Assembly (NCBI GenBank): GCA_047285805.1
Contig: JBJBCN010000002.1
Span: 896,001-960,000, forward strand
Source of the DNA: Synechococcus sp.
GTDB lineage: Bacteria > Cyanobacteriota > Cyanobacteriia > PCC-6307 > Cyanobiaceae
Direction of reading: 5' to 3'
Length of the DNA stretch: 64,000 nucleotides
This document shows positions 10,701 to 21,086 of the stretch, piece after piece. Position 1 is the stretch's first letter. Every line of letters begins with the position of its first letter. The translations under genes were made by a program, and so were the position numbers. The notes under the pieces are model-generated. The model was not told where the DNA came from. It ran no database searches and saw only the letters and a program-made list of their open reading frames with translations.

Positions 10701-11765
10701 ATCGCTTGCGTGCTCTGGGGCACCGACAACATCAAGACCTACGGCGAATCGCTGGCCCAGATCCTCTGGTTCATCGGTGCCCGTCCGGTGCCCGACTCCC
10801 TGGGCCGGGTGAACAAGCTTGAGCTGATCCCCCTCGAGGAGCTCGGCCGTCCCCGCGTCGATGTCGTGGTGAACTGCAGCGGCGTCTTTCGCGACCTATT
10901 CATCAACCAGATGGCCCTGATCGATCAAGGCGTGAAGATGGCCGCCGAGGCCGATGAGCCCCTGGAGATGAACTTCGTGCGCAAGCACGCCCAGGACCAG
11001 GCCGAGAAGGAAGGCGTCTCCCTTCGGGATGCAGCGACCCGGGTGTTCTCAAACGCCAGCGGCAGCTACAGCTCCAACGTCAACCTTGCGGTGGAAAACA
11101 GCACTTGGGAAGAGGAGAACGAGCTGCAGGAGATGTACCTCTCCCGGAAGACCTTCGCCTTCAATGCCGACAACCCCGGCGAGATGGACCAGAAACGCGA
11201 GGTGTTCGAGTCGGTCATGAAGACCGCCGATGTCACCTTCCAGAACCTGGACTCAGCGGAGATCTCCCTCACCGACGTGAGCCACTACTTCGACAGTGAC
11301 CCCACCAAATTGATCCAAGGGCTGCGGGATGACGGCAAGGCTCCTTCGAGCTACATCGCCGACACCACCACAGCGAACGCCCAGGTGCGCTCCTTGAGCG
11401 AGACGATCCGATTGGATTCGCGCACCAAGCTGCTCAACCCGAAGTGGTACGAGGGCATGCTCGACTCCGGCTACGAGGGTGTGCGTGAAGTGGCCAAGCG
11501 CCTCAACTTCACCCTGGGCTGGAGTGCCACCAGTGGTTCCGTGGACAACTTCGTCTACGAAGAAGCCAACGAGACCTTCATCAACGATCCCGAGATGCGC
11601 AAGCGTCTAATGGATCTCAACCCCCACAGCTTCCGCCGCATCGTCGGCACGCTGCTCGAGGTGAATGGCCGCGGCTACTGGGAGACCTCCGACGAGAACA
11701 TCGAACAACTCCAGGAGATCTACCAGGAGATCGAAGACCGGATCGAGGGCGTCAGCGAGGGTTGA
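7761..11765 (+). CDS. chlH: Magnesium chelatase subunit H
   Basis: 1334 aa; [36 protein letters not shown] and [11 protein letters not shown] motifs. Confidence 0.98.
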   Translation: MFTQVRSASRRVSPAEVNGRAVMKAVYVVLEPQYQNALTQAATALNEANGPLAVDLSGYLIEELRDPKNYEDFCADVAEADVFIASLIFIEDLAQKVVDAVAPHRDRLKAAVVFPSMPEVMRLNKLGSFSMAQLGQSKSAIAGFMKKRKEAGGAGFQDAMLKLLNTLPTVLKYLPVEKAQDARSFMLSFQYWLGGTPDNLRNFLLMLADKYVFPLSSEDRPEIQVADPEVFPDLGIWHPLAPSMFEDLKEYLNWNASRQDLSDKARKGPVIGLVLQRSHIVTGDEAHYVAVIQELEFRGATVVPVFCGGLDFTKPVNAYFYDPLNPDQPLVDGVVSLTGFALVGGPARQDHPKAIEVLKKLNRPYMVALPLVFQTTQEWEESDLGLHPVQVALQIAIPELDGAIEPIVLSGRDDATGKAHTLQDRVEAIAERAIRWASLRVKPRTEKKLAITVFSFPPDKGNVGTAAYLDVFGSIHRVMEEMRAKGYDVSGLPRTSKELMEAVLQDPEALEGAPELAIAHRMSVEEYERLTPYSERLEENWGKPPGNLNTDGTNLLIFGRNFGNVFVGVQPTFGYEGDPMRLLYSRSASPHHGFAAYYTYLEKVWGADAVLHFGTHGSLEFMPGKQMGMSETCYPDSLIGALPNLYYYAANNPSEATIAKRRGYAETISYLTPPAENAGLYKGLKELGELVGSYQQLRESSRGVQIVNAVVETARQCNLDKDVQLPEVDAGELNLDGRDGVVGAVYRQLMEIESRLLPCGLHTIGKPPTAEEAIATLVNIAALEREEDGIRSLPALLAESKGRTIADVYKGNDEGVLADVELNRIITETSRAAIGAMVQAVTGSDGRVTLRRNFGWFFDLLERFGFKLPSPWLSACRFAGFPDVDQAELETLFDYLQFCLEQVCADLEMESLLKALDGEYVLPGPGGDPIRNPNVLPSGKNLHALDPQAIPTRAAVAAAKVVVDRLIERQRKEQGTWPETIACVLWGTDNIKTYGESLAQILWFIGARPVPDSLGRVNKLELIPLEELGRPRVDVVVNCSGVFRDLFINQMALIDQGVKMAAEADEPLEMNFVRKHAQDQAEKEGVSLRDAATRVFSNASGSYSSNVNLAVENSTWEEENELQEMYLSRKTFAFNADNPGEMDQKREVFESVMKTADVTFQNLDSAEISLTDVSHYFDSDPTKLIQGLRDDGKAPSSYIADTTTANAQVRSLSETIRLDSRTKLLNPKWYEGMLDSGYEGVREVAKRLNFTLGWSATSGSVDNFVYEEANETFINDPEMRKRLMDLNPHSFRRIVGTLLEVNGRGYWETSDENIEQLQEIYQEIEDRIEGVSEG

Positions 11766-11786
11766 GTTTCAACCCGACCCCCAGTT

Positions 11787-11808
11787 AGGCCCTTCGGGGG
11801 CCTTTTTT
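11787..11808 (+). terminator. Rho-independent terminator after chlH
   Basis: AGGCCC-TTCG-GGGGCC followed by TTTTTT. Confidence 0.85.
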
Positions 11809-11814
11809 ATTGGC

Positions 11815-12648
11815 CTAACGCCACAGTGCGTCGGCCATCCGTGTGACCTGGGCGATGGCCACCCCGTCATGCACCCGCACGACGTCGACACCCGCCGCAA
11901 CGCAGCGCGCCACCACCGCAGCGCTCCCCCAGAGCCGCGCCTTGGGCCGAGGCTCATCTAGAACAGCACCAATAAACCGTTTGCGGGATGGCCCCACCAG
12001 CAGCGGAATGCCGTCAACCTTGAGCTGCTCCAGTCCCCTCAGAAGCTCCAGGTTCTGCTCGGTGGTCTTCGCAAAGCCCAGACCGGGATCCCAGATCAAC
12101 TGGTCCTGACGGATGCCTGCCGCCAAGGCGGTTTCCGTGGACAGGCGCAACTCCAGAAGCACTCCAGCTACGACCCCTGCTGAGCTGTAGTCAACGAGGC
12201 CGTCCATCGTCTGGCTATCGCCACGGGAGTGCATCAAGACATAGGGGCAGCCGGCGTCCGCCACCACCTTGAGGATCTCGGGATCACGGGAACCGCCGCT
12301 GATGTCGTTGATCCAATCAGCACCGGCTTCGAGGGCCGCTTCCGCGACGGAGGCGCGATAGGTGTCGACAGAGATCAGGGCCTGAAGCGACTCGGCATCA
12401 ATGGCCGAGCGAATCAAACGCAGGCTGGGGAGCAGGCGACGCAGCTCTTCCGCCGGTCCGACATCCTCTGCACCGGGACGCGTGCTCTGAGCACCCAGAT
12501 CGATGACGGAGACGCCAGCGTTCGCGAATCGCCGGGCCTGTTTCAGCGCTTGGTCAGGATGACCGAAACGGCCCCCATCGCTGAAGGAATCGGGGGTGAG
12601 GTTGATCACCCCCATCACCTGGGTGCACTGGCCCCAGGAATCCCACAT
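11815..12648 (-). CDS. folP: Dihydropteroate synthase
   Basis: MGVINLTPDSFSDGG, STRPGA, DPGLGFAK, SRKRF and RVHD motifs. Confidence 0.95.
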   Translation of the reverse strand: MWDSWGQCTQVMGVINLTPDSFSDGGRFGHPDQALKQARRFANAGVSVIDLGAQSTRPGAEDVGPAEELRRLLPSLRLIRSAIDAESLQALISVDTYRASVAEAALEAGADWINDISGGSRDPEILKVVADAGCPYVLMHSRGDSQTMDGLVDYSSAGVVAGVLLELRLSTETALAAGIRQDQLIWDPGLGFAKTTEQNLELLRGLEQLKVDGIPLLVGPSRKRFIGAVLDEPRPKARLWGSAAVVARCVAAGVDVVRVHDGVAIAQVTRMADALWR

Positions 12649-13403
12649 CAGACGGGCTGGAAGTTGGCGATCCGTGCGAACCCTTCGGGATCTAGAGATG
12701 CGCCGCCGACGAGGACGCCGTCGATGTCGCTCTGGGCCATCAGCTGATCAATGGTGGCGGGGTTCACCGATCCGCCGTACTGAACGACGACCTCGGGGTA
12801 GCCAACCCACTCGCGGATCAGGCCGCAGATGCGGTTGGCTTCACTGGCTTCACAGGTCTTGCCGGTGCCGATCGCCCAGATGGGCTCATAGGCCACGATC
12901 AGCTTCGAGTGATCGAGACCATCCACGCCCTGCTGCACTTGGCGACGGATTACCTTCTCAGCCTCACCGGCTTCTCGCTGGGAGTCGCTCTCCCCCACAC
13001 AGAGAATGGGAATGATCCCGTGCTTCTGGGCGCTGCGGGCGCGCAAATTGATCTGCTCGTCGGTCTCGCTGTAGTACTTGCGGGGCTCGCTGTGGCCAAC
13101 GATGGCGTGGCTCACGCCGTGCTCAAGCAGCATCCCAGCGGAGACCATCCCGGTGAAGGCGCCCTTCTCCTGCCAGTGGATGTTCTGAGCCGAAATCTGA
13201 ATGCAGCTGCCGGTAAGGGCACTGCTAAGGGTGGCGATGGCGGTGAAGGGCGGAGCCAAGACCACCTCGCGGTCAGCGGGAAGATTTGCCACCAGGGGCT
13301 TGAAGGCTTCTGCAAAAGCCTGCGCTTCAGCGCAGGTCATGTGCATCTTCCAATTGCCCGCGATGACAGCCTTGCCCACTGGGTTCTTCGGTTGATCAGC
13401 CAC
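12648..13403 (-). CDS. tpiA: Triosephosphate isomerase
   Basis: [26 protein letters not shown] and LVGGASL motifs. Confidence 0.97.
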   Translation of the reverse strand: MADQPKNPVGKAVIAGNWKMHMTCAEAQAFAEAFKPLVANLPADREVVLAPPFTAIATLSSALTGSCIQISAQNIHWQEKGAFTGMVSAGMLLEHGVSHAIVGHSEPRKYYSETDEQINLRARSAQKHGIIPILCVGESDSQREAGEAEKVIRRQVQQGVDGLDHSKLIVAYEPIWAIGTGKTCEASEANRICGLIREWVGYPEVVVQYGGSVNPATIDQLMAQSDIDGVLVGGASLDPEGFARIANFQPV

Positions 13404-13424
13404 CCAACCTAAAGCCTTGCGAGA

Positions 13425-13688
13425 TCAGGCTTCTTCCGGGGGCTTCGCCACGACATGGGTCTGACCATCCAGCTCAACCCGATCACCGGGCTTGAGCTTG
13501 CGGCCGCGCTGGGTCTCCTGAAAGCCATTCACACGAACATCTCCCCCCTGGATGCGCTGCTTGGCTTCACCACCGGTGAAAACCAGGCCCTGCCACTTGA
13601 GGAATTGATCCAAGCGAATCGCGTCTGCCGCCGAAGGGGTTCCGCTCAAAAAAGCGCTGATAGCTTGCCCCGATGCTCGCACCCTCAT
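13425..13688 (-). CDS. RNA-binding S4-domain protein (YaaA/YbcJ-like)
   Basis: IRLDQFLKW...TGGEAK...VNG...RGRKL motifs; start uncertain. Confidence 0.85.
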   Translation of the reverse strand: MRVRASGQAISAFLSGTPSAADAIRLDQFLKWQGLVFTGGEAKQRIQGGDVRVNGFQETQRGRKLKPGDRVELDGQTHVVAKPPEEA

Positions 13689-15409
13689 CGGCCGGCTTCC
13701 GGCGCCTGCTGCCGCTGCTGAAGCCCCACCGCCCCGCGCTGATCGTGGGTGGGGTTTGCATGCTCATCTTTGTGGGCTGTTGGCCCCTGTTGGCCTGGCT
13801 GGCCGGTCAGTTGATCCCCGCCATCGGTGCCGGGGATTTCAACCGGGTGATCCAGGTCATCGGCCTGGCCCTCACGGTCTTCATGGTCCAGAAGGTGGCC
13901 CAATTCGGACAGGACACCCTGTTGGCCGGGCCGGCTCTGCAGGTCAGCCAGGAACTGCGGCGCCGGCTCTTTGCCCGACTGCAACGGCTCGATTTCGGAG
14001 TGCTCGAGAAGCTCTCCGCCGGAGACCTGACCTACCGCCTCACCGAGGACGCCGACCGGGTGGGGGAGGTCATCTACAAGACTATCCAGGACACCACCCC
14101 GTCGGTCCTGCAGCTGGTGGTGGTCTTCGGCTACATGGTCTGGCTGGACTGGAAGCTCTCCATCGGGACCCTGCTGCTAGCCCCCTTGGTGGCGGTGCTG
14201 GTCAGCCTGTTCGGCGCCAAGGTCATGGGCGCCGCCGAGAAGAGTCAGAAACAGGTCAGCGAACTGGCTGCCCTTCTGGGGGAGGCCATCTCCGGACTTC
14301 CCCTCGTCCGGGCCTTTGCCGCTGAACCATGGTTGCAGCAGCGTTTTGAAATCGAGATCGACCTACACCGCAAGGCCCGCTATCGCACCCAGAAACTCCT
14401 GGCTCTGCAGTACCCCGTCGTCGGCTTCCTGGAAGCAGCGGGCATCCTGGCCGTGCTTCTGATGGGTGCCGCGCGCATCCAGAGCGGTGACCTCGATGGC
14501 CAGGGCTTCAGCAGTTATGTCGCCGCGCTGCTGATGCTGATCGACCCGATTAGCCACCTCACCACCAACTTCAACGAGTTCCAGCAGGGCCAGGCCTCGC
14601 TGAAGCGCCTGCGGGAAATTGAACGGGAAGCGGTCGAGCAGCCGGATCGCCCCGACGCCCAACCCTTGGGCCGGGTCGCCGGTGAACTGCGGCTGGAGCA
14701 GGTCAGCTTTGGCTACGACCCGCAGCAACCGGTTCTGAAGAACCTCTCGCTCCAGGTCAAACCCGGCCAGGTCGTCGCATTGGTTGGTCCCTCCGGAGCC
14801 GGTAAGAGCACCCTCTTCTCGCTGCTGCTGCGCTTCAACACCGCCCAGGGCGGCCAGGTGCTGCTGGATGGGCGAAACCTGGCGGACCTCAAGGCCACGG
14901 AATTACGGACAGCGGTCGCTCTGGTGCCACAACAAAGTGCCGTTTTCTCGGGCTCGGTCGCTGAGGCGATCGCCTTTGGACGCCCGGCCAGCCGCGAGCA
15001 GATCCAGGCGGCCGCCCGCCTGGCCAATGCGGACGGTTTCATCGAAGCCCTCCCCGGCAGCTATGACGCGCGCGTCGAGGAGCGGGGCAGCAACTTCTCC
15101 GGCGGCCAGCTCCAGCGTCTCGCCATCGCGAGGGCGGTGCTGGGCAACCCGGCCGTCCTGCTTCTGGATGAGGCCACCAGCGCCCTGGATGCCGAAGCTG
15201 AGGAAGCCGTGCAGCGGGGTCTGAATCAGGCCATGAAGGGCCGCACGGTGCTTGTCATTGCTCACCGCCTCTCCACCGTCCAGGAGGCCGACTCGATCCT
15301 GGTGCTCGACAACGGCCAGATCATCGACCAAGGTAACCACGATCTGCTGATCAGCCGCCCGGGCCGCTACCGAGACCTCTGCGAGCGCCAGCTAATTCGC
15401 GGTGCTTAA
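13673..15409 (+). CDS. ABC exporter, fused permease/ATPase (MsbA-like)
   Basis: N-terminal TM domain; GPSGAGKST, FSGGQ, LLLDEATSALD and IAHRLST motifs. Confidence 0.92.
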   Translation: MLAPSSAGFRRLLPLLKPHRPALIVGGVCMLIFVGCWPLLAWLAGQLIPAIGAGDFNRVIQVIGLALTVFMVQKVAQFGQDTLLAGPALQVSQELRRRLFARLQRLDFGVLEKLSAGDLTYRLTEDADRVGEVIYKTIQDTTPSVLQLVVVFGYMVWLDWKLSIGTLLLAPLVAVLVSLFGAKVMGAAEKSQKQVSELAALLGEAISGLPLVRAFAAEPWLQQRFEIEIDLHRKARYRTQKLLALQYPVVGFLEAAGILAVLLMGAARIQSGDLDGQGFSSYVAALLMLIDPISHLTTNFNEFQQGQASLKRLREIEREAVEQPDRPDAQPLGRVAGELRLEQVSFGYDPQQPVLKNLSLQVKPGQVVALVGPSGAGKSTLFSLLLRFNTAQGGQVLLDGRNLADLKATELRTAVALVPQQSAVFSGSVAEAIAFGRPASREQIQAAARLANADGFIEALPGSYDARVEERGSNFSGGQLQRLAIARAVLGNPAVLLLDEATSALDAEAEEAVQRGLNQAMKGRTVLVIAHRLSTVQEADSILVLDNGQIIDQGNHDLLISRPGRYRDLCERQLIRGA

Positions 15410-15418
15410 CCTGGTCCC

Positions 15419-15805
15419 ATGACGGACCAGGGACCCACCGCAAAGCCACTCGGTGAGATGCCCGTCTGGGAGTACCGGGTCATCCACATCAATGTGGAAA
15501 ACAACAACCCGCCAGCCCCCCCGGACCCGAAGGTGGCAAGCGAGCGGATGGGCGGGAAGCTCAGCCCGGAATTCATCAGCCGGGAATTTCCGCAGCAGTA
15601 CGGGCACGAGCAACAGGCCAAGGCGAAGGCCGCCCCGAAGCATCCGGCCGAACAGCTCCAGCACTTCCTGAACCTGTTGGGCAAGGATGGCTGGGAGCTG
15701 ACGACCACCACTCAGGTGGGTCAGTTGCTGATGTTCTTTTTCAAGCGGCCGTTGCGACCACTGCCCAAGCAAATTCCGCCGGCAGAGACCAAGAAAGCCC
15801 CGTAA
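15419..15805 (+). CDS. Conserved hypothetical protein
   Basis: WEYRVIH...LNLLGKDGWEL...FFKRP pattern (DUF4177-like). Confidence 0.7.
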   Translation: MTDQGPTAKPLGEMPVWEYRVIHINVENNNPPAPPDPKVASERMGGKLSPEFISREFPQQYGHEQQAKAKAAPKHPAEQLQHFLNLLGKDGWELTTTTQVGQLLMFFFKRPLRPLPKQIPPAETKKAP

Positions 15806-15831
15806 GGTGACCCGGACTACAGCCTTGTGTC

Positions 15832-16059
15832 GTGACCGACTCCGCCGCCCAGATCCCACCCGTTCTGACCTTTGAGGGGAAGCGCTACGACCTCAACGCG
15901 CTACCTGAGGAGGTCAAGGAGTTGGTGCGCGGCATGCAGGTTGCCGATGCCCAGCTGCGCATGCACGAAGACACCCTGAAGGTTCTGGCTGTCGGCCGTC
16001 AATCCATGGCGATGCAGCTCAACGACAAGCTGCAGGGCGTCACCCCGATGGCCGACTGA
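15832..16059 (+). CDS. Small conserved hypothetical protein (DUF6447-like)
   Basis: LTFEGKRYDLNALPEEVKELV motif. Confidence 0.7.
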   Translation: MTDSAAQIPPVLTFEGKRYDLNALPEEVKELVRGMQVADAQLRMHEDTLKVLAVGRQSMAMQLNDKLQGVTPMAD

Positions 16060-17040
16060 TTAACCGATCGGCAAGCCGCACTCGTTGAAGATCCCCTCGA
16101 AGAGTACCGAGCTGAGATACCGCTCGCCGGAGTCAGGGAGAACCACAACGATCGTCTTGCCGGCGTTGGCTGGATCCTTAGCCAGACGCAGGGCTGCCAC
16201 AGTGGCGGCCCCACAGCTGATGCCTGCCAGGATCCCCTCCTCTTTGGCGAGGCGGCGGGCCATCTCCACGGCCTCGTCATCACCGACCTGCTCCACTGAA
16301 TCGACCATGGCCAGGTCGAGGTTGCCGGGCACAAAGCCCGCGCCGATGCCCTGAATCTTGTGGGGGCCAGGCTGCAGGGCATGACCACCCTTGGTCTGGC
16401 TGATCACCGGGCTGTTGATCGGCTCAACGGCGACCGTGTGCAGCGGCCTGTCCAGGGTGTTCTTGATGTAGCGGCTAACGCCGGTCAAGGTGCCTCCGGT
16501 GCCGACGCCAGAGACAAAGAAGTCAACGTTGCCGTCGGTATCGCTCCAGATCTCAGGCCCGGTGGTGTCGTGGTGCACCTGGGGGTTCGCGGGGTTCACG
16601 AACTGCTGCAGCAGCACGTAGCGATCGGGGTCGCTCGCAGCTATTTCCTTGGCCCGGTTCACGGCCCCGGTCATCCCCAGACGACCTTCGGTGAGCTCCA
16701 GATGGGCACCGAAGGCGGTCAGCAGCTTGCGCCGCTCAAGGCTCATCGTTTCCGGCATGGTCAGGGTGAGCTTGATCCCCTTACTCGCCGCCACAAAGGC
16801 CAACGCAATACCGGTGTTGCCACTGGTGGGCTCGATCAGCTCCTTACCAGGACCCAGCAGACCATCGCGCTCGGCTGCAGCGACCATCGCGGCACCGATC
16901 CGGCACTTCACCGAGTAGGCCGGATTGCGGCCCTCAATCTTGGCCAGCACACGCGCACCGCAGCCCTCTGTGATGCGGTTGAGCTGGACCAATGGGGTGC
17001 GGCCGATCGTGAGGCTGTTATCGCTAAAGATCGCGGCCAT
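16060..17040 (-). CDS. cysK: Cysteine synthase A
   Basis: [16 protein letters not shown] (PLP Lys), [22 protein letters not shown] and GERYLS motifs. Confidence 0.95.
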   Translation of the reverse strand: MAAIFSDNSLTIGRTPLVQLNRITEGCGARVLAKIEGRNPAYSVKCRIGAAMVAAAERDGLLGPGKELIEPTSGNTGIALAFVAASKGIKLTLTMPETMSLERRKLLTAFGAHLELTEGRLGMTGAVNRAKEIAASDPDRYVLLQQFVNPANPQVHHDTTGPEIWSDTDGNVDFFVSGVGTGGTLTGVSRYIKNTLDRPLHTVAVEPINSPVISQTKGGHALQPGPHKIQGIGAGFVPGNLDLAMVDSVEQVGDDEAVEMARRLAKEEGILAGISCGAATVAALRLAKDPANAGKTIVVVLPDSGERYLSSVLFEGIFNECGLPIG

Positions 17041-17140
17041 GGGGCTTTGGGCTGCACACACAACTGTTTCGGCACCCTAAGAACTGTGGGGGCAAAAAGG
17101 GAAAACGTTTCTAGCGTTCGGTTGATTTTGTGATCGGGCC

Positions 17141-17632
17141 GTGGACCCCAAAACCCTGCGTCGCGTCGCGGCCGTGTTGCTTTTTCTGGCGGGGGTCACA
17201 TCGATCGCGCTCCCCTTCATTTCCTCGACCGCGCTGACCTTGAGCATTGGCGTGATCGCCGCGGTGGCCGGCGTCACGCAACTATTGCGTCTTGGGCAGG
17301 CCGAGGACACCAAAAGCAAGCTCTTCCGTGGCCTTTCCGGCCTCTTCTACGTCGTGGCAGGGATCTGGGTGGTGGCCTATCCGGTTGAGAGCGAAATCAG
17401 CCTGACCCTCTTCGTCGGCCTGCTCCTGATCTTCGAGGGAGTAATGGAGCTCGCCTCCTCCGCCACCAGCCAAGCGCAAGCGCGGGGCCTGGTGCTGGCA
17501 GATGGTCTGGTGACGGCCCTGCTGGGTGGCCTGCTGGTGGCCGAGTGGCCCAGCGACAGCCTCTGGGCCGTCGGCACCCTCTTTGGCCTCTCCCTGTTCT
17601 TCACTGGGTTTAGGCTGGTGACGGCTGAGTGA
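17141..17632 (+). CDS. HdeD/DUF308-family membrane protein
   Basis: About 6 TM helices; WPSDSLWAVGTLFG motif. Confidence 0.8.
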   Translation: MDPKTLRRVAAVLLFLAGVTSIALPFISSTALTLSIGVIAAVAGVTQLLRLGQAEDTKSKLFRGLSGLFYVVAGIWVVAYPVESEISLTLFVGLLLIFEGVMELASSATSQAQARGLVLADGLVTALLGGLLVAEWPSDSLWAVGTLFGLSLFFTGFRLVTAE

Positions 17633-18828
17633 CCCGACCGCCCTGCTTCATCGTTGTCGGAGCGGGACCCGCTGGGTTGAGCCTGGCCCTGCAGCTGGCC
17701 GAAGGCGGAACCAAGGTCACGCTGATCGAAGCCAGTGACCGCTTCAGCCGACAGTTCCGCGGCGAAGCCCTGATGCCCAGCGGCCAGGAGGCCCTGGCCC
17801 ACATGGGAGTACTGGCGATGCTGGAGGACCTCCCACAGCGGCCCTTGGAGGGATGGAGCGTCTGGCTGGAGCGCCGATGCCTGTTCCGCGTCGCCGAACC
17901 CATGGGCTCCTTGATGCCCTGCACCCTGGTGCCCCAAGATGCACTTCTAGAGGCACTGCTCGAGAGGGCGCGGCGCTGCTCGACCCTGCAGTGGCAGCCG
18001 GGGCAAGCCGTCAGACAGCTACTGAAGCGGGGGACACGCATCAGCGGCGTCGAACTCAGCAGCGGCGAGCAACAAGAGGCCGACCTGGTCATCGGCTGCG
18101 ATGGACGCGGATCCCTACTGCGTCAACAGGCCGGAATCCAGCTCAAGCGCTTGGGCAAGCCGCTGGAGCTGCTCTGGTTTGAGCTGCCCGGACCGATCCC
18201 CAAGGACTGCGTCTGGGGATTTCAAACCCTGGTGGCGGGAGGGAGGATCGGCAGTGCCTGCCTGAACGCCTCAGGTCACCTACAACTGGCCTGGTTGATC
18301 AAGCCAGGGGAGGAGCGGGACAACCTCTCTTCTGGGGAGTGGGGGCTGCGGCTGGCCAACCTGGCACCCGCCCCCCTGGCGCAGTTGCTGATCGAGCGTG
18401 GAGCAGGCCTGGGTGCACCCGTGCGCTTCAAGGTGCAGGTGGGCATGGCAGAGCGTTGGCAGAAACCCGGCCTGCTCCTCCTTGGCGACGCCGCCCACCC
18501 GATGAGTCCGATTCGCGCCCAGGGGATCAACTTGGCGCTGCGGGACAGCGTGGTTGCAGCCGAGGCCCTACTTGCCGGCGGAGACGTGGAAATCGCGTCG
18601 ACGACGATCGAGCAGCAACGGCGACCCGAGGTGCGCCGTTTGCAGAAGCTCCAAGAAGCCGAGGCTCGCCAGGGGCATCTGATTGGCTATAGCAACGCTC
18701 TGCGCTATGGACTCACGCTGACCCGTGGATGGATGGGCCCCCTCGCCCAAAGGGTCTGGCTGGCCAGACAAGGCCCCCTCAGAGATGGACTTCCCGAGCA
18801 GCTGCCAAAGCCGTGGGTCGAGCCGTAA
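17629..18828 (+). CDS. FAD-dependent monooxygenase/oxidoreductase
   Basis: VGAGPAG, FRGE, GCDGRGS and GDAAHPMSPIRAQGINLALRD motifs. Confidence 0.88.
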   Translation: MTRPPCFIVVGAGPAGLSLALQLAEGGTKVTLIEASDRFSRQFRGEALMPSGQEALAHMGVLAMLEDLPQRPLEGWSVWLERRCLFRVAEPMGSLMPCTLVPQDALLEALLERARRCSTLQWQPGQAVRQLLKRGTRISGVELSSGEQQEADLVIGCDGRGSLLRQQAGIQLKRLGKPLELLWFELPGPIPKDCVWGFQTLVAGGRIGSACLNASGHLQLAWLIKPGEERDNLSSGEWGLRLANLAPAPLAQLLIERGAGLGAPVRFKVQVGMAERWQKPGLLLLGDAAHPMSPIRAQGINLALRDSVVAAEALLAGGDVEIASTTIEQQRRPEVRRLQKLQEAEARQGHLIGYSNALRYGLTLTRGWMGPLAQRVWLARQGPLRDGLPEQLPKPWVEP

Positions 18829-18912
18829 ACCTCATGTTGAACGACGTGACTTAGCAAGAAGACAGGCCTGAAGGGAAGAGCCAGGGGCAGACCGCAAGAT
18901 CGAGCACGTCCT

Positions 18913-19914
18913 CTATTTCCAGCCGTTATCAACCATCAGTTTGAGTGCCGGCTTGAGCTGTTTCGCAAGATCGCTAATGGCAACACCATCTGGCTCAAGC
19001 TCGCCGTAATCCTTCAGCTTTTCAGAGGTGCCATAACCAACAAGAGGGTATTCAAAAGTTGAGCGAGCTAATGAGGCGCTACCACGCCTCGAAGTCAAAT
19101 ACTCAACCAGCCGGAAACTTTCAACGAGATTCTTTGCCGTCTTCGCGACTCCTACAGCACTGATATTTATATGCGCAGGCAAAGGAATAGTCAAGGCAAC
19201 GTCACGGGTCAATTCAGCATCTCTTGCACCATTTCCACCAGCCTGCATTCGCGCCATGTAGTAATGGTTGACCACGGCAACCCCACAATTGCCCTGAGCA
19301 ACAGCACGAATCAACGAAGTATCACTCGAGAAGAATGGCTGGGACACATTGGCAATCATTCCCTTGATCCACTGTTGTGTTGAAGCCTGTCCAAACAAAG
19401 CAATTTGACCGGCCACGAGAGATTGATTGTAGACATTTGCACGCTTTCTTAGGCATAACTCGCCCTTCAAACGAGGAGAGGATAGATCCCTGTATTGGCG
19501 AATCGAACTAGAATCAACGCGTTGCGTGTTAGAGACAATCGCTCTAACACGACGAGTTACACCAAACCATCGACCAGCGGGATCCCTGAAATTCGCAGGA
19601 ACTTGACGGCGAAGGACCTCTGAGCTCAAAGGCCTCAAGAGGTCCTGATCAGCTGCAGATTGAATCCGGGCAGCATCAACCAAAATAATGACATCTGCTT
19701 GGGAACGTTCGCCCTCGCGCTTGAGGCGTTCAACGAGCGACACACCTTTTGCCTCAAGAAGACGAACTCGAATGCCAGTCTCCTTGGTAAAAGCTTTATA
19801 AACCTTCCGATCCGAGTTGTAATGGCGTCCTGAGTAGACGCGAACCTCAGAGGCCCTCGAAGCGACGGGAAAGACAGACACAAGAGCAATAAGGGCCAAC
19901 ATGTATCGCCGCAT
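18913..19914 (-). CDS. futA: Fe(III) ABC transporter substrate-binding protein (FutA/IdiA family)
   Basis: Signal peptide; VYSGRHY and NHYY iron-ligand motifs; YNQSL; lower GC than the flanks. Confidence 0.88.
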   Translation of the reverse strand: MRRYMLALIALVSVFPVASRASEVRVYSGRHYNSDRKVYKAFTKETGIRVRLLEAKGVSLVERLKREGERSQADVIILVDAARIQSAADQDLLRPLSSEVLRRQVPANFRDPAGRWFGVTRRVRAIVSNTQRVDSSSIRQYRDLSSPRLKGELCLRKRANVYNQSLVAGQIALFGQASTQQWIKGMIANVSQPFFSSDTSLIRAVAQGNCGVAVVNHYYMARMQAGGNGARDAELTRDVALTIPLPAHINISAVGVAKTAKNLVESFRLVEYLTSRRGSASLARSTFEYPLVGYGTSEKLKDYGELEPDGVAISDLAKQLKPALKLMVDNGWK

Positions 19915-20032
19915 TGAAGTCAAGCCAAGGGACATATTTTACTTGAGCCAAGACTGCTCAGGTCCCTTGGAGCAACTGGCACCTCTCGGCATCCATAGAA
20001 TTGATTGCAGCTCATCCTTAACGGAAAGCGCA

Positions 20033-20701
20033 ATGGAAGCTCTAAGGACAGAACTGATCTCAGGCGGTGAAGCGAGGCGCTTGGAGCAGGAACTGATTCA
20101 GCAGCAGCAGGAGGACTGGAGAGATGGCTCACTCACTGCAGGACCTCACGCGGCCGAGGTCAAGAAGAACAAGCAAATGCATCCAGAGAGTGGTGCTTCA
20201 AAAAAGTTGTGCCGCTTTCTCCAAGAGAAGCTGGCATCAAATCCATTAACACAGGCTTATGCGATTCCAAAGCGGATTCACAGCATGATGTTTTCCAGAT
20301 CAGAGGTTGGGGACGGCTATGGATGGCATGTTGACAATCCATTTACCTCCTCAGGAAGACGAGACCTGTCGTTCACGATCGCCTTGAGTGATCCAGAAAG
20401 CTATCGAGGTGGTGAGCTCGAGATCCAATCCATTCAATCCCAAACCTCATTTGAGCTGGAACTCGGAGAAATCGTGATTTATCCCAGCTCATCCCTTCAC
20501 CGAGTCAAGACAGTGAGCAGCGGAATTAGGCACGTCTGCATCGGATGGATCGAAAGCTACGTCAAGTCGGCGGAAGATCGTCAAATCCTATTTTCTTTAA
20601 ATGCAGGGGCAAAGGGACTCCTTGCAAAGCATGGGAGGAGTGAAGAACTCGATCTTGTGTTTCAGGCTTACACCAATGCTCTACGAAGACTTTCAAGCTG
20701 A
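20033..20701 (+). CDS. PKHD-type Fe(II)/2OG dioxygenase (PiuC/YbiX-like)
   Basis: WRDGSLTAG, VKKNKQ, YGWHVDN, DLSFT, YRGGEL and YPSSSLHRV motifs. Confidence 0.9.
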   Translation: MEALRTELISGGEARRLEQELIQQQQEDWRDGSLTAGPHAAEVKKNKQMHPESGASKKLCRFLQEKLASNPLTQAYAIPKRIHSMMFSRSEVGDGYGWHVDNPFTSSGRRDLSFTIALSDPESYRGGELEIQSIQSQTSFELELGEIVIYPSSSLHRVKTVSSGIRHVCIGWIESYVKSAEDRQILFSLNAGAKGLLAKHGRSEELDLVFQAYTNALRRLSS

Positions 20702-20770
20702 TAGTACTGTGTTTACAGGGGCTCTTTATGGGTCAGAAAGTCCTATAATTGAGTCAAACCAATTACCCAA

Positions 20771-21001
20771 ATGAAAAGATCCCCTGCTGCAATTCTTTTG
20801 GCGGCGACAGCAGCTCTTTCGACCCAGGCAGCCATTCCTGCATTCTCCCAGTCTTCGCCTCAAGGAGGCTTTCAAGAGTGGACGACTGACCAAGAAGTTG
20901 ATGATGAGGCCAAGCCAGATGCTGAGCTAAAAGCTTTCAAGGAGAAAGCCGAGCAAGAAGAGGTTTGTGTGCCGATTGGAGAAGGTGAGAATTGTTGGTA
21001 G
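20771..21001 (+). CDS. Small secreted acidic protein ending CVPIGEGENCW
   Basis: Signal peptide and C-terminal Cys pair; TATAAT at 20744 upstream; hairpin downstream. Confidence 0.8.
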   Translation: MKRSPAAILLAATAALSTQAAIPAFSQSSPQGGFQEWTTDQEVDDEAKPDAELKAFKEKAEQEEVCVPIGEGENCW

Positions 21002-21014
21002 TTCTTACTTCTGA

Positions 21015-21038
21015 AGCCCTCCTAGCCGAGGGCTGTTT
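21015..21038 (+). terminator. Hairpin/weak terminator
   Basis: AGCCCTC-CTAGCC-GAGGGCT followed by GTTT. Confidence 0.5.
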
Positions 21039-21046
21039 ATGGCAAT

Positions 21047-21070
21047 AAAAAAGGCCTCCTTTCGGAGGCC
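21047..21070 (-). terminator. Terminator of porin A
   Basis: Minus strand GGCCTCC-GAAA-GGAGGCC-TTTTTT. Confidence 0.85.
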
Positions 21071-21086
21071 AGTGATTCTGTGAGGG

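Noticed and set aside
15026..15033. HIP1 (GCGATCGC) enrichment
   Set aside because: Only a handful of copies noticed; not clearly above chance at this GC content without an exact count
19940..20030. Fur box between futA and the PiuC-like gene
   Set aside because: Only a weak AT-rich match (AATTGATTGCAGCTCAT) with no convincing palindrome
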